Shown piece after piece: positions 1 to 13,074 of a stretch of 64,000 bases of DNA. The position numbers and the translations under genes are program-made. Source of the DNA: Octopus vulgaris (lineage: Eukaryota). The stretch spans positions 111,972,001 through 112,036,000 of the forward strand of contig OX597820.1 of assembly GCA_951406725.2 (NCBI GenBank), read 5' to 3'. The stretch's first letter is position 1, and each line of letters begins with the position of its first letter. The notes beneath the pieces were generated by a model, which worked only from the letters and a program-made list of their open reading frames with translations, was not told the DNA's origin and did no database searches.

Positions 1-59
1 CATTTGCCAAGAGGTCACCAAACAAATCTGGCAGCTTACCTTTTATCAATTAATTTTTG

Positions 60-445
60 GCACTTTGAATTACTTTCAAATATTAGCTGGGGTGCTACAA
101 GGAGATATGCTTGCACCATATCTGTTTGTAATTGTATTGGTTTCATCACAGACCAGCAATGATCATGGAGTACCAGCAGTAATCATCACAGACCTAGACT
201 TCACAGATGATACAGCACTCTTATCTAATAGATCACTCATATTTAATAGATCAAGCTCAACAGCTGTTCAGCAGAGTAGAAACTTCAGTTGCAAAGATAG
301 AACTACACACAAACATCAAGAAAACAGTATACATGTCTTTCAACCAATCAAATGATACTGATTGTTTATTCTGAGTGGTTCCAAATTGTATGTTGCTGAA
401 GACTTCATTTACTTAGGTGGTTGGGTGAGCAGTTTGGAAGCAGAC
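60..445 (+). mobile_element. Decayed RTE-type LINE reverse transcriptase fragment
   Basis: GVLQGDMLAPYLFVIVL and DLDFTDDTALLS (RT motifs, FADD-like), later FIYLGGWV. Confidence 0.75.
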
Positions 446-504
446 TCACCACATGTCATGTCTGATTGTTTGAAGTCAGGAAGTGACATGTTATGTATTG
501 GAGT

Positions 505-1300
505 TCAGAGATAACTGGGGGAATCCGTTGTTGCTATGGTAGGAAATGGTGTTGCAGTTGTTGTTGTTGGATTTTCTATTGATATTATAGCTTGCGTTGT
601 TGCTTTTTGGGCTTTGGTGGCTGTTATTTGTGGATTTCTTGGTACTGTGCGAAGAGAGGCTCTCTTCTCTTCCTCTTTCAATGTTGGGAAGAAGGCTCCT
701 AGGTGTGTTGTTGAAAGGCAGGTGTGCCACTTGACCTTTCTTTCATCCACTCTAATGGGCATGATGATGCCACTTGGGCGATGTATCTGATCTAGGATAG
801 CATCTACATTATTTCGATTGGTTTGGATGAGGAGTTCTATCCCCATTACCTATCAGTTCTTTCACTTGGTCAGACAGACATCAACGATTTTTGTTTTCCT
901 CACTGTCTACCATGACAGCAGCAATTAGCCAAGGAATGGCTATTTCTGGAGGCACCTGCTGGACACAGATTCTTGCTGCAGTAGAAAGGAACTAACAAGA
1001 AATCCTCATTTTTCAGGGGTTTTAGAAGGAGTTTTTGCTTCCTCTTGTTTCAAATCTCATTTCCACTGTTCCATAACCCCTTCCTCTTTGTATATATTCT
1101 TTTAGGTTCCAAAAAGAACCTGACGCTTTTTGGATTTGAGCCTCAGTGGCTATTTCCAACCTTCTCAACTTTAATCCAATCATATGCTATGCCACCGTGT
1201 ACAGTATTTTGGTTAATGTCATCTGTGGTGTTGTGTTTGATGGTTCGTCCATCTTGCTCACTTGACTGACTGTCTGCCCATTTTGATTTCTTCATCAGAA
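505..1300 (-). mobile_element. Possible decayed gag-like LINE ORF1 remnant
   Basis: WHTCLSTTHLGAFF has CX2CX4HX4C spacing with both outer Cys mutated; Thr-rich tail; upstream frame is broken. Confidence 0.4.
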
Positions 1301-2461
1301 CACATGTTTACTCTTTAAAAAGAGAATTTGGTGGCATTAGTGAAAGAGAGACTGGTTTTTTGGCTTGTTGGTCTGTTCTTTCATCGTTGCTGCTTTTGTT
1401 ATTGTTGTTGTTGATTATGGTTTTGTTGTAACAATAGTGTTGACATTATTGATATTTTTGGTATCTGATTCTGAGATGAAGTTTCTGTTTTTCTGACATG
1501 CTGCAGAGCCTCCAAGAAAACTTTTAGGATTGTTCCATCAACTATCAACATGGAACTTGCAGAATATTTCTTCTTTTTGGCTCCTTGAATCTATAAAGGT
1601 ATTGTAAAAGTATTTATTTTGCTGTATAGTGAAGAGGTCAATGTCCAAGGATTTTCAGGTTTTAAAGTTTTTCTAAATGTCACACATTGATTTCTACAGT
1701 TCGGAACTACCATAAAAATGGGAATTTCCATTTTAGGCCATTTTCAGAGGATGACCATTGATATTTAGAGTTTTTTTAAATGCTGTAGTTTTACATTTAT
1801 CTACTCACCATCAGGTGTATTTTTTGAATATATATAGTTTTATATAGTTTCGACTTAGTGATAAGAAGTTATCCTAGTTCAAAAATTGCAGCCCCCCCCC
1901 CATTCACTTGCAGTGAATGAATTCATGTGTTCTGTTAAAATTTACTGTAAGATTAGAGAAGATGGGATGCTCACCAATTGCTGTTGTTAAGTAATAACTA
2001 CCTAAACTTAATTTTAAAAAAAAATAGTCCCCAAGACATAGATTTTTGTAATTTTTGGTTGGCTTGTTTTTTATCTTATTGTCTGAATGACTTGAGATAG
2101 TGGGGATTAAAGAAACGTATTTTCCACAGTATGGTATCAAACCTATTTGGAATTATTGCACCCCAAAAAATAAAAGAAATTCAATATTTTGAAAATTTGA
2201 GAAATTGCCTAAAACTTTAAATGGCTATAAAATCTGACTAGTAACAGGTATGGAGCTAAAATTTTCAAGAATTACCATGTAAATTTGAAGAAAGGTCTTA
2301 GGACCTTCACAACGAGCCCTTGTTAGAGTCTCTATCACTGAAATCATCCTACTCATAGTAAAACATCCAAATTGTGTTTACTTGAGGTCTCTTGGTGGAA
2401 CTTGGAACAGCTCATATAAAACAAAAGTAACAATAACATAAATACCAATAATAATAATAAT

Positions 2462-2915
2462 CCTTTCTACTAAAAGAACAAGGCTTGAAATTTTGGAAGA
2501 GGGGACTAATCTATTACATTGACCCCAGTGTTTCACTGGTACTTAATTCATCGAACCAGAAAGGATGAAAGGCAAAGTCGACACCGGCAAAATTTGAACT
2601 CAGATCATAAAGATGGACGAAATGCTGCTAAGCATTTTACCTGATGTGCTAATGATTCTGCTAGTTCAATAACAACAACAACAACAATAATAATGATAAT
2701 AATAATAATAACAATAATCCTTTCTACTATTGGCATAAGGCCTTATATTTTTAGAGGAGGGTTGTAGGCAATTATATTAACCCCAGTACACAACTGATAC
2801 TAATTTCATTGACCCCGAAAAGATGAAAGACAAAGTTGACCAAGTTGACCTTGGCAGAATATGAACTCAGAACATAAAGACGGGTGAAATACTGTTAAGT
2901 ATTTTTTCCGGAAGA
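2462..2915 (-). mobile_element. Two adjacent tRNA-derived SINE copies (family A)
   Basis: Reverse complement of GAGTTCAAATT B-box and GCCTTTCATCCTTTC..GTCGAT..AAGTACCAG body, flanked by (AAT)n; same family recurs near 5460, 20423, 26324, 28009, 43168, 49026, 51720, 52954, 53180. Confidence 0.85.
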
Positions 2916-3396
2916 CTAATAATAAATCTAACACTTTACATTACTGTTATCCTTTATTTTCAAAACCTGGAAACATTTTTCTTCTATATTACCAACATGA
3001 TGTGCTTCGGAGTCAAAATAAATTATTGTTTTTTACAGCATGCAACTTTGAGTGTAATAACTAGACGACTAAATTTTCAGGTTTACTGGTAAAACCAAAG
3101 ACATTTCCATATGATCAAGATCAAACTGGTTTGGCCATTGTTTATTTGGTAGGGCGTATCATAAAGCCAGAAGGATTTTGGTTGCAGGAGTCTCTATATA
3201 GAAGAGGTGGCAACATATGCTTTTGAAATAGCATTTGGATCAGCAATGGTCAGAATGGTTTTATAATGTTATGACATAATCTCTTTAATGAAAACTGGAC
3301 AAAACAGAGAACACAGTTGCAAAAATTAAAAACAAAAAACAAAACAAAACAATTCACCACCTTGGGTTGAAAAGTTGGGGGCGCTGGGAAACCTCT

Positions 3397-3676
3397 CTAA
3401 TGGCTATTGAGACATGCCAGCACGCTTGCAGCGTTGCCACGGGTGATGGCGAAGCTGAAGCGCTGGAACAGTCAAGTGCCCTCACGAGTCTCACCAGTTA
3501 CCTCTGCAAGGTGAGTTGCCAGTGAAGACTGGAATCTCGTAGTTAGTGGTCCAACCCCATCAAACGTCTCGAACGCCACAGGATGGAAAATGTAGTTGGC
3601 CAACAGATCGTGGTATTTTAGGATTTTGTTCCACTCGGCCGCAGAAGCTGTGGATCTCGTCCTGACCGCAGCAGGG
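3397..3676 (-). mobile_element. CRE-clade non-LTR retrotransposon 3' fragment (restriction-like endonuclease end)
   Basis: Manual translation AAEWNKILKYHDL..YIFHPVAFETFDGVG...GETREGT*LFQRFSFAITRGNAASVLA; one in-frame stop. Confidence 0.8.
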
Positions 3677-3883
3677 TTTCATATTAAGTTATTCTAATCA
3701 GGATAAACTTTTGGTGCATCTTCGTTTCAAGGGTTCCATGAAAATGTAAGTATTGGTTAATGTTTACATACTAACCAAAGTATTTACCTTGACATCGGGA
3801 AACGTTTAACATATCAAAAGTAATGGTATCTTTTTGGATGAAATGTGAAAAATGCAAATAAATAGTGTTAACATGCAGTTTAC

Positions 3884-4673
3884 GGATCTTTTCCTTTTGA
3901 ACGGCACATGTCAACACAATTTCTAGTTAACTAAAAACATTTTAAAACTTCGTTTACTGGTAGAATGTGTATATAAAACATCATTTTTTCTTAGCTTTAT
4001 TGAGAAAATTCTATAGTTTGTAAGATGTTTCGTCTGAAATTTCAAGCATTTCGGCAATTTTAACCAATTGCTGACCTCCATTTGGGGTGAAAACATTCCG
4101 GGCTGTATGAATATGTCCCTCGTTTAAGAAACAGATTGGGTTTATTTACATTTGCGAAGAAAAAAAGATACCCATCCCCCACCCCTAACCCTAACTCTAA
4201 CCCTAAATCTAAAATAGATTGAAATGCAATAGATCGATACTAGGGTTATAATTATGGGTGACAATTTCATTTGATACTGCTACGGAAAATGGGATTTTTT
4301 TCTAGCGGTGTCAAATGAAAATGTCACCCATAATTATAACCCTAATATCGATCTATTGCATTTCAATCTATTTTAGATTTAGGGTTAGGGTTAGGGGTGG
4401 GGGAAGGGTATCTTTTTTCTTCGCAAATGTAAATAAACCCAATCTGTTTCTTAAACAAGGGACATATTCATACAGCACGCCCCAAATGGAGGTCAGCGGT
4501 TGGTTAAAATTGCCGAAATGCTCGAAATTTCAGACGAAATATCTTACAAACTATAGAATTTTCTCAATAAAGCCAAGAAAAAATGATGTTTTATAAACAC
4601 ATTCTACCAGTATACGAAGTTTAAAAGTGTTTAGTTAACTAGAAAATTCTGTCCATCAAAAGGAAAAGATCCC
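3884..4673. repeat. ~790-bp imperfect palindrome of two ~390-bp arms, each with a short TTAGGG tract
   Basis: 3884 GGATCTTTTCCTTTTGA mirrors TCAAAAGGAAAAGATCC 4672; arms alignable to centre ~4290; CCCTAA repeats 4183-4207 and TTAGGG 4378-4397. Confidence 0.9.
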
Positions 4674-4792
4674 ATTTCAATGTATATAATACAACATCAA
4701 AATACAAATCCAAAAATCGAAAACCCCCCCCACAAATATGAGGGCAGGAAAAAAGACAAAAAAAGGAAGAAAGAAAAAAAATGCGATAGAAA

Positions 4793-4801
4793 CCGGAAGT
4801 G
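4793..4801 (+). promoter_or_regulatory. ETS/GABP-type motif in a CpG-retaining region
   Basis: CCGGAAGTG; CpGs are visibly more frequent around 4.5-5.8 kb than in the flanks. Confidence 0.3.
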
Positions 4802-5459
4802 ATGACCCAAATTTCAAGTACCTGGTGCATATATTGTATATAAGATGAAAACAATTACTTTTATAGGGAAGCCGAACAGTTAACGGCGCATGAAATGTGA
4901 TTCGTGAGTAGTTTTTCTCAATCTCTAAATTTGTTTCGCCGCACATAGTCATGAAGATATGATGTAATTAATTATTTACTAAATCATCACTAAATCTATA
5001 TTGTCACCTCAGTCTCTTTTGGTGAGCATCTGTTGCGCTTCTGGTTGACAACTTCACGAGTATAGAAATTCCCTAGACGTACCTATGAACCCATCCAATT
5101 TCTAGAGCGGTTTATAAAATTTTACTGTATCACCGCAGTCACAGTTTGTTTGCTTTTATTTTCTAAGAATTATTTACTTTTACTTTTTCACGATCGTAAA
5201 TTGCATGCCAACAGAGAAACGGATGCGATATCTTTAAATAATTGTTCAAATTCATTCTCTTCAATTTCAATATGACACTAACACCACCTATATGAAACTG
5301 CATATATCACGGCAGTTGCCCTTCCTGTTGGCACACAAATACTTCCACATTTACGAGGTTGGTCATACACCTAACCATACATGAGGTTGACGACTTGTAC
5401 ATATTCTCATCACAATCTGTACTAAACACAATGCGATGAAGAAGGCCATAATATTGATT

Positions 5460-5668
5460 TCAAATTTTGGCACAAGACCTGCAATTTCGGGGAAGGGGAT
5501 AAATCGATTGTATCGATCTCAATACTCAGCTGGTACTTATTTTATCGGTCCCGAAAGGATGAAAAGCAAAGCCGACCTCGGCGGAATTTGAACTCAGAAC
5601 GTAGAGACGGGCGAAATGCCGCTATGATTTCGCTCGGCTTGCTAATGATTCCGCTAGTTTGCCGCCTG
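5460..5668 (-). mobile_element. tRNA-derived SINE family A, CpG-rich copy
   Basis: Minus strand GGCGGCAAACTAGCGGAATCATTAGC...GAGTTCAAATTCCGCCGAGGTCGGCTTTGCTTTTCATCCTTTCGGG. Confidence 0.85.
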
Positions 5669-7130
5669 GAAAAACGTCATAATACTGGGGTCGCGGGGGG
5701 AGGGGATAATTGCCTCTTATGTATTTGCTGTTAATCTATCTCTCTTCTATTTTGTATTCGATACACCTGAGAACAATCAATAGCCATTTTTTGTTCTCAT
5801 CAACATGAACGAAATCCTCAAATATTAGGCGATCCAACTAAATGAGAACATTACACTGAATAGTCTGCCAGTATTCTATTTGTCTACGTACTTTTTTCCC
5901 CTTTAATAGTCTCATTTTCTTAGAAAACACTTTCACTTTATGGCCTGGGAAAACACCAGACAAATACATTCACTTTCGTGAGATCCAGAAACGAAGTAGC
6001 TATATCTTTTCTTTATAGTTTAGTCAGACTGTGTACAGGATATTCTCACTCTCTTCATGATGGTCATTAGAACATCTGTTAGTCTATGTTTGTAAGGAGG
6101 AAAACGTGTGTAGGTAAAGATTCTGGAGGGTTAACGATTTTTTTGGAGCAAAGGATCGGGGAGAGTTGTTTGCATTGGGCCTAATTGAATTTAAGTATGG
6201 TTGACAAGAGGAAAAAAAATGGTAAGTGTTACACAACTATTTAGGAGAAGTAGAGGCTATTACAGAGTGTGTTGGTGAGTGACTCTTTGTCAGCCAGCTT
6301 TCTTTTTGGTTGCATCCATGATGTCTTTGTAGTTATGTCATTGTTCAAGATGTAGGAGCAATATTACATGGCAGGTCATTTAAAGAACCAGTAGCTGGTT
6401 AGAGTTGAAGCTGTTTAGCACTAAGTCAACCACAATTTTGCCAGATTAAAGGTACTCCACTCATGATCGTCCTGTTTTGTTTTCAGGCATGATGTGTCTG
6501 AGACTATGTTATTCAGTATGTACTTCCTCATTTAAGACATTTTAAGCCTATGATTTGATGCCAGATGAATTACAAATGACATCCCTGGCTGTTGTTATCT
6601 GTATGGATTTTGAAACTCTAATTAAAGTTGTTACTCAGGTAAATGAATTTGAAAAAGTTACTTATTTAAGAACATATTTAAATAATAAATAGGAAGTTTC
6701 AATGTTTGCAACATTAGAAATAATCTTAGAATTAAAAATGTTAATTACAAAAAATAGGGTGTAAGCTAATATTATTTTATGGCTGAATATTCAAGGGAGG
6801 CAACTCTAAACGTGTGTACCTTATTACATTTTGTCAGTAGCTATTTTCTGACGCTATAATAAACTTATACTTCCACCAACAAAGCCCTAAACAACAGAAA
6901 TGCTCAAAGTTGTCTCCCTTCTCTATTTGCCTTAAGAATAATTGTTTGCTAATCCTAATGCCATGATGCATCAATAAAATGCTACTGAAACAGATGTGAA
7001 TTTTGAGCCCCACTCGTGTCCTTTTGCACATGCCAGCATGGACAATGAATGTTAAATGATGATGATACACTACACTTGGATCTACAGTTTATATTGGATG
7101 GGTACCTATGCTTATATCTGTCTGTGTATT

Positions 7131-7168
<38 letters not shown>

Positions 7169-7331
7169 CAGGCAGGTAGGTAGGTAGTGTGTGTATATAC
7201 ATATATTATACTACCAAAAAATGACAAGAGTTGCTTCAATGTAATATATGCTCAGTACTTGGCCAATCCTAATGCACTATATGTTGATATACCTAGATTC
7301 TAATGAATCCTGAAACTCATCTATCAGTCTG

Positions 7332-7419
<88 letters not shown>

Positions 7420-7425
7420 GAATTA

Positions 7426-7866
7426 TGTGCCAGTGGAACATAAAAGGGCACCATTCGAGTGTGATCGTTACCAGCGTCGCCTTACTAGCACTTGAGCCCC
7501 ATGCTAGTAGGGTGCCAAGAGCACCATCCGAGCGTGATCATTGCCAGAGCAGCCAACTGGCTTTGTGCCAGTGGCACATAAAAGGGCACCATTTGAGTGT
7601 GATCGTTACCAACGTCGCCTTACTGGCACCTGTGCCGGTGGCGTATGTAAAAAGATTCGAGTGAGGTCATTGCCAGTACCGCCTGACTGGCCCTGTGCCG
7701 GTGGCATGTAAAATGCACCCACTACACTCTCGGAGTGGTTGGCATAAGAAGGGCATCCAGATTGGAGCCTGGTGCGGCCGCCTGGTTCGCCAGCCCTCAG
7801 TCAAAATCGTCCAACCCATTCTAGCATGGAAGGTGGACATTAAACAATAATAATGATGATGATGAT
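7426..7866 (+). mobile_element. RTE LINE 3' UTR fragment with internal subrepeats and (GAT)n tail
   Basis: Repeated GTGGCACATAAAAGGGCACCATT units, CCAACCCAT.CTAGCATGGAA..GGACATTAAAC tail; identical tail type ends the RTE at 17950-19292. Confidence 0.8.
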
Positions 7867-8154
7867 GATATATATATAATAATATATATATATAATAATA
7901 ATAATAATATTAGGGAGTATAGCTCCAAACTTACAGGGAAAAATTCGATTTAGTATTAAATCAAATTTCGCAGTATAAATATATAAAATATGAATTAGAG
8001 ATAAAACCACTATTATGCAACTCAAACAGTGATAGACATAAACCAATACATAAATAACAAAGAATATAAATATAATTAATATATTATATATATGTATATA
8101 TAATTTTTTTTTCACTATGTGCCTATCTAAAAAAAAAAAATATATATATATATA

Positions 8155-9125
8155 TATTCAGTGTACTCGTTGCCAACCCTCACCTTACTTACAGTGTCCC
8201 TGTACATGGCTTGCACAGCTCTCACTAACCATTCATCTATCCCTAGTTTCCTCATTGACCAACAGATAAGGGATTGGGGGACCCTGTCAAAGGCTTTCTC
8301 CATGTTAATGAAAGCCAGGTACAGGGGCTTATCTTTGGCTAGGTATTTCTCCTGCAGCTGTCTTACCAGAAATATAGTATCAGTGGTGCTTTTCCCTGGC
8401 ACGAAACCAAACTGCATCTCATCTAAACTGACTCTCTCTCTAATTAGTTGGGCTATGACCCTCTCTGTGATCTTCATTACCTGATCGAACAGCTTGATAC
8501 CTCTGTAATTATTTGTATCTAAAGCGTCACCGTTACCTTTGTAGTAGTTGACTATTATGCTGCTATACCAGTCATTGGGTATGACTCCTTCGTGTATCAC
8601 CTGGTTAACTATATGGATGACCAGACTATAGCTGACACTGCCAGATATTTTGAGCATCTCTGCAGTAATTCCTGATGGGCCGGGGTCTTTCCTTGTCTTC
8701 ATTCTTCTAATTGCTTTATCTACCAAGGTACTGCCGACTCGGATAGCTGGTCCCTCTGTTGGGTTGACATTCAGCAGACTCTCTTTCACCCATTCATTTT
8801 CTTTATTTAGCAACCTTTCATAGTGGTGTCTCCAAACCTCTCTCTTTGCATCCTCATTTAGTGCAAGAGAACCATCATCCATGCGGACACATTTCTCTCC
8901 TACCACATCCTGATTCTCTCTCACACACTGTCTTGCAACACGAAATACCTCAAGTCTTTGGTCCTCACGGCGCAGAACATTGGAAAATTTTTTCTTATCT
9001 GCTTCCCCATTGGCTAAATAAACCTGTCTCCTAGCTTCTCTTCTGGCAGTCTGATACGATTCCCTGCTACCACCATTCTTCCAGTCCTTCCAAGTCTGTC
9101 TCTTTTCTCTAATAGCCCTGTTTTT
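8155..9125 (-). mobile_element. RTE LINE ORF2 fragment (linker plus N-terminal RT)
   Basis: ORF 8127..9179: KDPGPSGITAEMLK, IPNDW, NYRGIKL, QFGFVPGKSTTD, MEKAFDRVP; cut off by a TA tract. Confidence 0.9.
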
Positions 9126-9479
9126 CCTGAGGGTGGAAGGATGGTCACCCCTCGAACTAGGAAGGGGTCTGCTTAGCATAATTTAACAAGACAGCAAATG
9201 TTGATAATAGTAAGATAGACTTGAAAAATCTGAGAGTTCTCCATCAGACAATCTAAGACAAAAATTTAGAGAATAAGTGCCTGTGTGATAAAGCTTTTAA
9301 TAGATGAATGAGTCAATGAATTTGTTGGGTTAAGGAAATGCATGAACTAAGGTTATCTTAAGGGAACAACAAGGAAGACGAGACTATTGAAAACTACATT
9401 TACATGATGTCATGTTACTGGACTAGACAGCATAATGGAAGGAACTAATAATAGCAGAAGGGGATTTATGTGTGTGTGT

Positions 9480-10025
9480 CATCATCTAATGTCCATTTTC
9501 CATGCTGTTTGATTTGGTATGGTTTCTATGACTGAATGCCCTTCCTAACACCAACTATTTTACAGAGTGTGCTGGGTGTTTGTAATGTGTCACTGCATGA
9601 GCAGTTTTACATGGCACTAGCACACAACTCTTGCAGGCCAATCCGCTTCACCAGGGAGAGTGACATTAACACTTCTGCTGTGGATTATAGGTCTTCTTGG
9701 GTACAGTAAGGTCCTTTGTCAGCTTGTCTGCAAGGTTCAGCATCCTAAGGTCATCCTTCAGTACTTTGTCCCATATCTCCCTGGGTCTCCCTCTTTGACA
9801 TGTCCCATCTAATTTGAGATCTCAGTACTTCTTTATGGAGCTGTTGGCATCCATCTGCAATGCATGACCAAACCAGTCCAGTCTTCTCTCTTGCACACTG
9901 CATTTAATTCCTCTTATGCCTAATTTTTCTTTCAATACATTAGCACTCTGTCGAACATGTACACTTACATTACACACCCAGTGGAGCATACTAGCCTCTT
10001 TCCTTTCTGACCTCCACATGTCCTA
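9480..10025 (-). mobile_element. RTE LINE 3' end, decayed
   Basis: ASMLHWVCNV...LKEKLGIRGI..VQERRLDWFGH followed by RTE 3' UTR. Confidence 0.75.
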
Positions 10026-11326
10026 TGCATTTTAGGAAAAGAGTGCAATAATGTTGTCTTTGTATGTACTATAATTGTTTGATTTTGGAGTTGAAAGACA
10101 CCAGATTAGTGAGATACTATTGAAGTGTGTTTTTGGTAACAACTTGGAACAAAACTCCATCACATCATAAACAATAAAACAAAAAAAAAACAAAAACAAA
10201 AAACACAAAGAAACTTTGATAACATTCATATATTTTCTCAGAAAGATTTACTGCAGGTATAAAATAATGTTGAAGGAAATTAAAATAGAAAAACTATATT
10301 TTAGTGTACTAAGACAATGATATTCAATTAGGAACTACACTAAATATTTCAAGGGACATGTGAAAAAAGTTGGGCATTCAGAGTCCACAGAAGTTTCCAA
10401 AGGAGCCACACACAAATTTAACTGCTAGATACTCCCTGTCTCACTATAACCTTTCATCATCTGACACAAGATCCCCTCCTCCAATGCTCCTCCCCTCTCA
10501 AAGGATCTTTGTCTTGCAAGTTACTTGGTGACCCTGCCAGTGCTGGTACCACTTAAAAAGCATCCAGTCGACACTGTAAAAAACATGCCAAACTGACCTC
10601 ACCTATGCTTGTGCCATGTAAAAATCACTCAGACCACTCTGCTGGGTGTTAGGTGTTAGGAAGGCATCCAGCCATAAAAACCCTGCCAAAACAGACACAG
10701 AAGTCTGGTGCAGGCTCCTGTCTGGCCAGCCCCTGTCAAACCATCCAACCCATGCTAGCACGGAAGGCGAACTTAAGACAGTGATGATGATGATGATTGC
10801 TTTGTCATAATCCTCCTGTTTCTTTTTTTGTACTAATTTTGACATCATATACATTACTATAATTTACTACTATACATTGGTGGTGGTGGTGACAGTGATA
10901 GCAACAGTGGTAGTGGTGGATCTCTGTTGTTCTACAATGAGGGTTCACTTGTTTGATCACCTGAATTACCTGCCCCTGAATAAACATGTAAGTGACTGAG
11001 CGTTCCATAGATACAGGTATCCCCAATATTATTCTCAGGTAGAATCAGCATAATTCAGTGGGTGTGGCAATGCTTCACACCTTAAAATTACACTTATAAT
11101 CTACCTGACTGGCTTCTATACAGGTACCGTCTGTCTAATGTCACTCATAGGGTCTGGGTTAACTAGAGGCTATGGAAAATGACATTTACCAAAGATGCCA
11201 TGCAGTAGCACCAATCCCAAGACATCATTGTTGCAAAGAAAATTTCTTAATCATTTGGACATACTACGTTAGCTATGTATTATCCCAGCTGAAACTAAAA
11301 TACAAAACTATCACAGAGACATATTT

Positions 11327-11462
<136 letters not shown>

Positions 11463-11929
11463 CATTATTCAGTTTTATTTCAAGATTTCTTGTCAATAGA
11501 AAAAGAGCCGGTTTCTAACCTAGATCCAACACTCCTTCATTGGAATTTCAACATCAACAACAGAGTATTTTTGTATGTATGTATGCATGCATGTATGTAT
11601 GTATGCATGCATGCATGCCTGTGTCTATATATGTATGTATGTATGCATGCATGCATGTATATATGTGTATGTGAAGATTTGTATGCTTTGCTTTATATTA
11701 TGTCTTCTCAGGCATATACTTGCATGTGTAGACATGCTCATATATACATAAATGATATGAAACAGAAACATAGAGGTAAATGATAGCAACTCTCAAAGAA
11801 CAGGGGAGAAAATTTCCAGAACCTTAAAATAATTTTGGAAAATAAATTTACATAATTCAAAACATTTCTCAATGGACACTATAAGAGCACCACTATTCAT
11901 TTGATGGCTTCATCATTATCAACATTATC

Positions 11930-12793
11930 AATGATGATCCTGGAGAATCAAAGAATGTCAGACATCCAAATGGAGTATCAGAACTGTGATACATGAATAT
12001 ATTCAATGCAAGCCATATGGACTGGGGAGAGGCCAATTGATGTCTGCAAAGACAAAAAAAACCTTGATCTGTGTCAAGTGGTTATTTAACTAAGTTAAAA
12101 ATCCACATGAACATGGGATGCTTTGGCTCTTCTCTCATGAGAAAAATTTCAACCAAGGCTAAAAGTTTAATGGAAGAAATGAGAGACAGTTATGTGTTGA
12201 TCCCTCTGATGTCCCCCAAAATGATGCACACTAAGTTTACAGCAACTGTGATGGTTTTAGAATTGGTAGGTAATGAAGGTCTTATCATGCCAACTTACAT
12301 CTTTCCACAGAATTTTAGAGTTAATGCTGCTGGATACAATGAGACACTGGAAACAGTTGTTAAGCCCTGGATGGATACAATACACAATGGAAGACCATAC
12401 ATGTTTCAACAAGATTCAGCACCTTGTTACAATGCCCACATACCCAAGAATGGATGTCAGGCTATCTTTACGATCACGTAACACCAAACTTATGGTCTCT
12501 GAACTCACTAGATTGAAATCGCATGGATTATTACATTTGGAATGTTTTTGAAAGTGAAACCAGTTGACATCCTCACAGTACCATGGCAAAACTGTAGGCT
12601 TCTACTGTTAAGGTGATGTCTGAAATGAATAAGGACCCTTTAGTGTGGACATGTCAACAATTCTGGTCCTGCATTAAAGCAGTCATCAAAGCTGTAGGGG
12701 GATTCATTGAGTAATCTTGTAAGAAATCTTATCAAGAACATATGCACAAATTTTTATTAAAATATATTTGGTTTTTCCTACTCTTGCATCCTC
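11930..12793 (+). mobile_element. Decayed Tc1/mariner-superfamily (maT-like) transposase, copy 1
   Basis: VMVLELVGNEGLIMPTYIFP, VVKPW, RPYMFQQDSAP; frameshifts. Confidence 0.75.
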
Positions 12794-13074
12794 TGTGTGT
12801 GTGTGAGTGTGTAAGTGTGTGTGTGTGTATGTATATGCATATATGTGTATGTATGTGTGAGAGTGCACGTATGTATGTATTTCCTTGTCTTGACATAGCT
12901 TGACAGTTGTAAATGAGTGTCTCTGTCATACAAGCAGTGTCATTCATTTATAATATTCTGCAAAAACATGACTGGCAATGGTGAAAAAATATTACCTTGC
13001 TTGGAAACAGACAAGGTCTGGCGACAGGAAGGACAGCCAGCCATTGAATATCTATGTCAAGAATCTCTGTGTAT

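Noticed and set aside
4183-4397. Telomere fusion site
   Set aside because: Only 3-4 hexamers per arm, embedded in a MITE-like repeat, and oriented CCCTAA then TTAGGG, the opposite of an end-to-end fusion
6820-6984. Minus-strand exon with AG/GT boundaries
   Set aside because: Stops in all three frames and no linked exons; cannot be supported without RNA data
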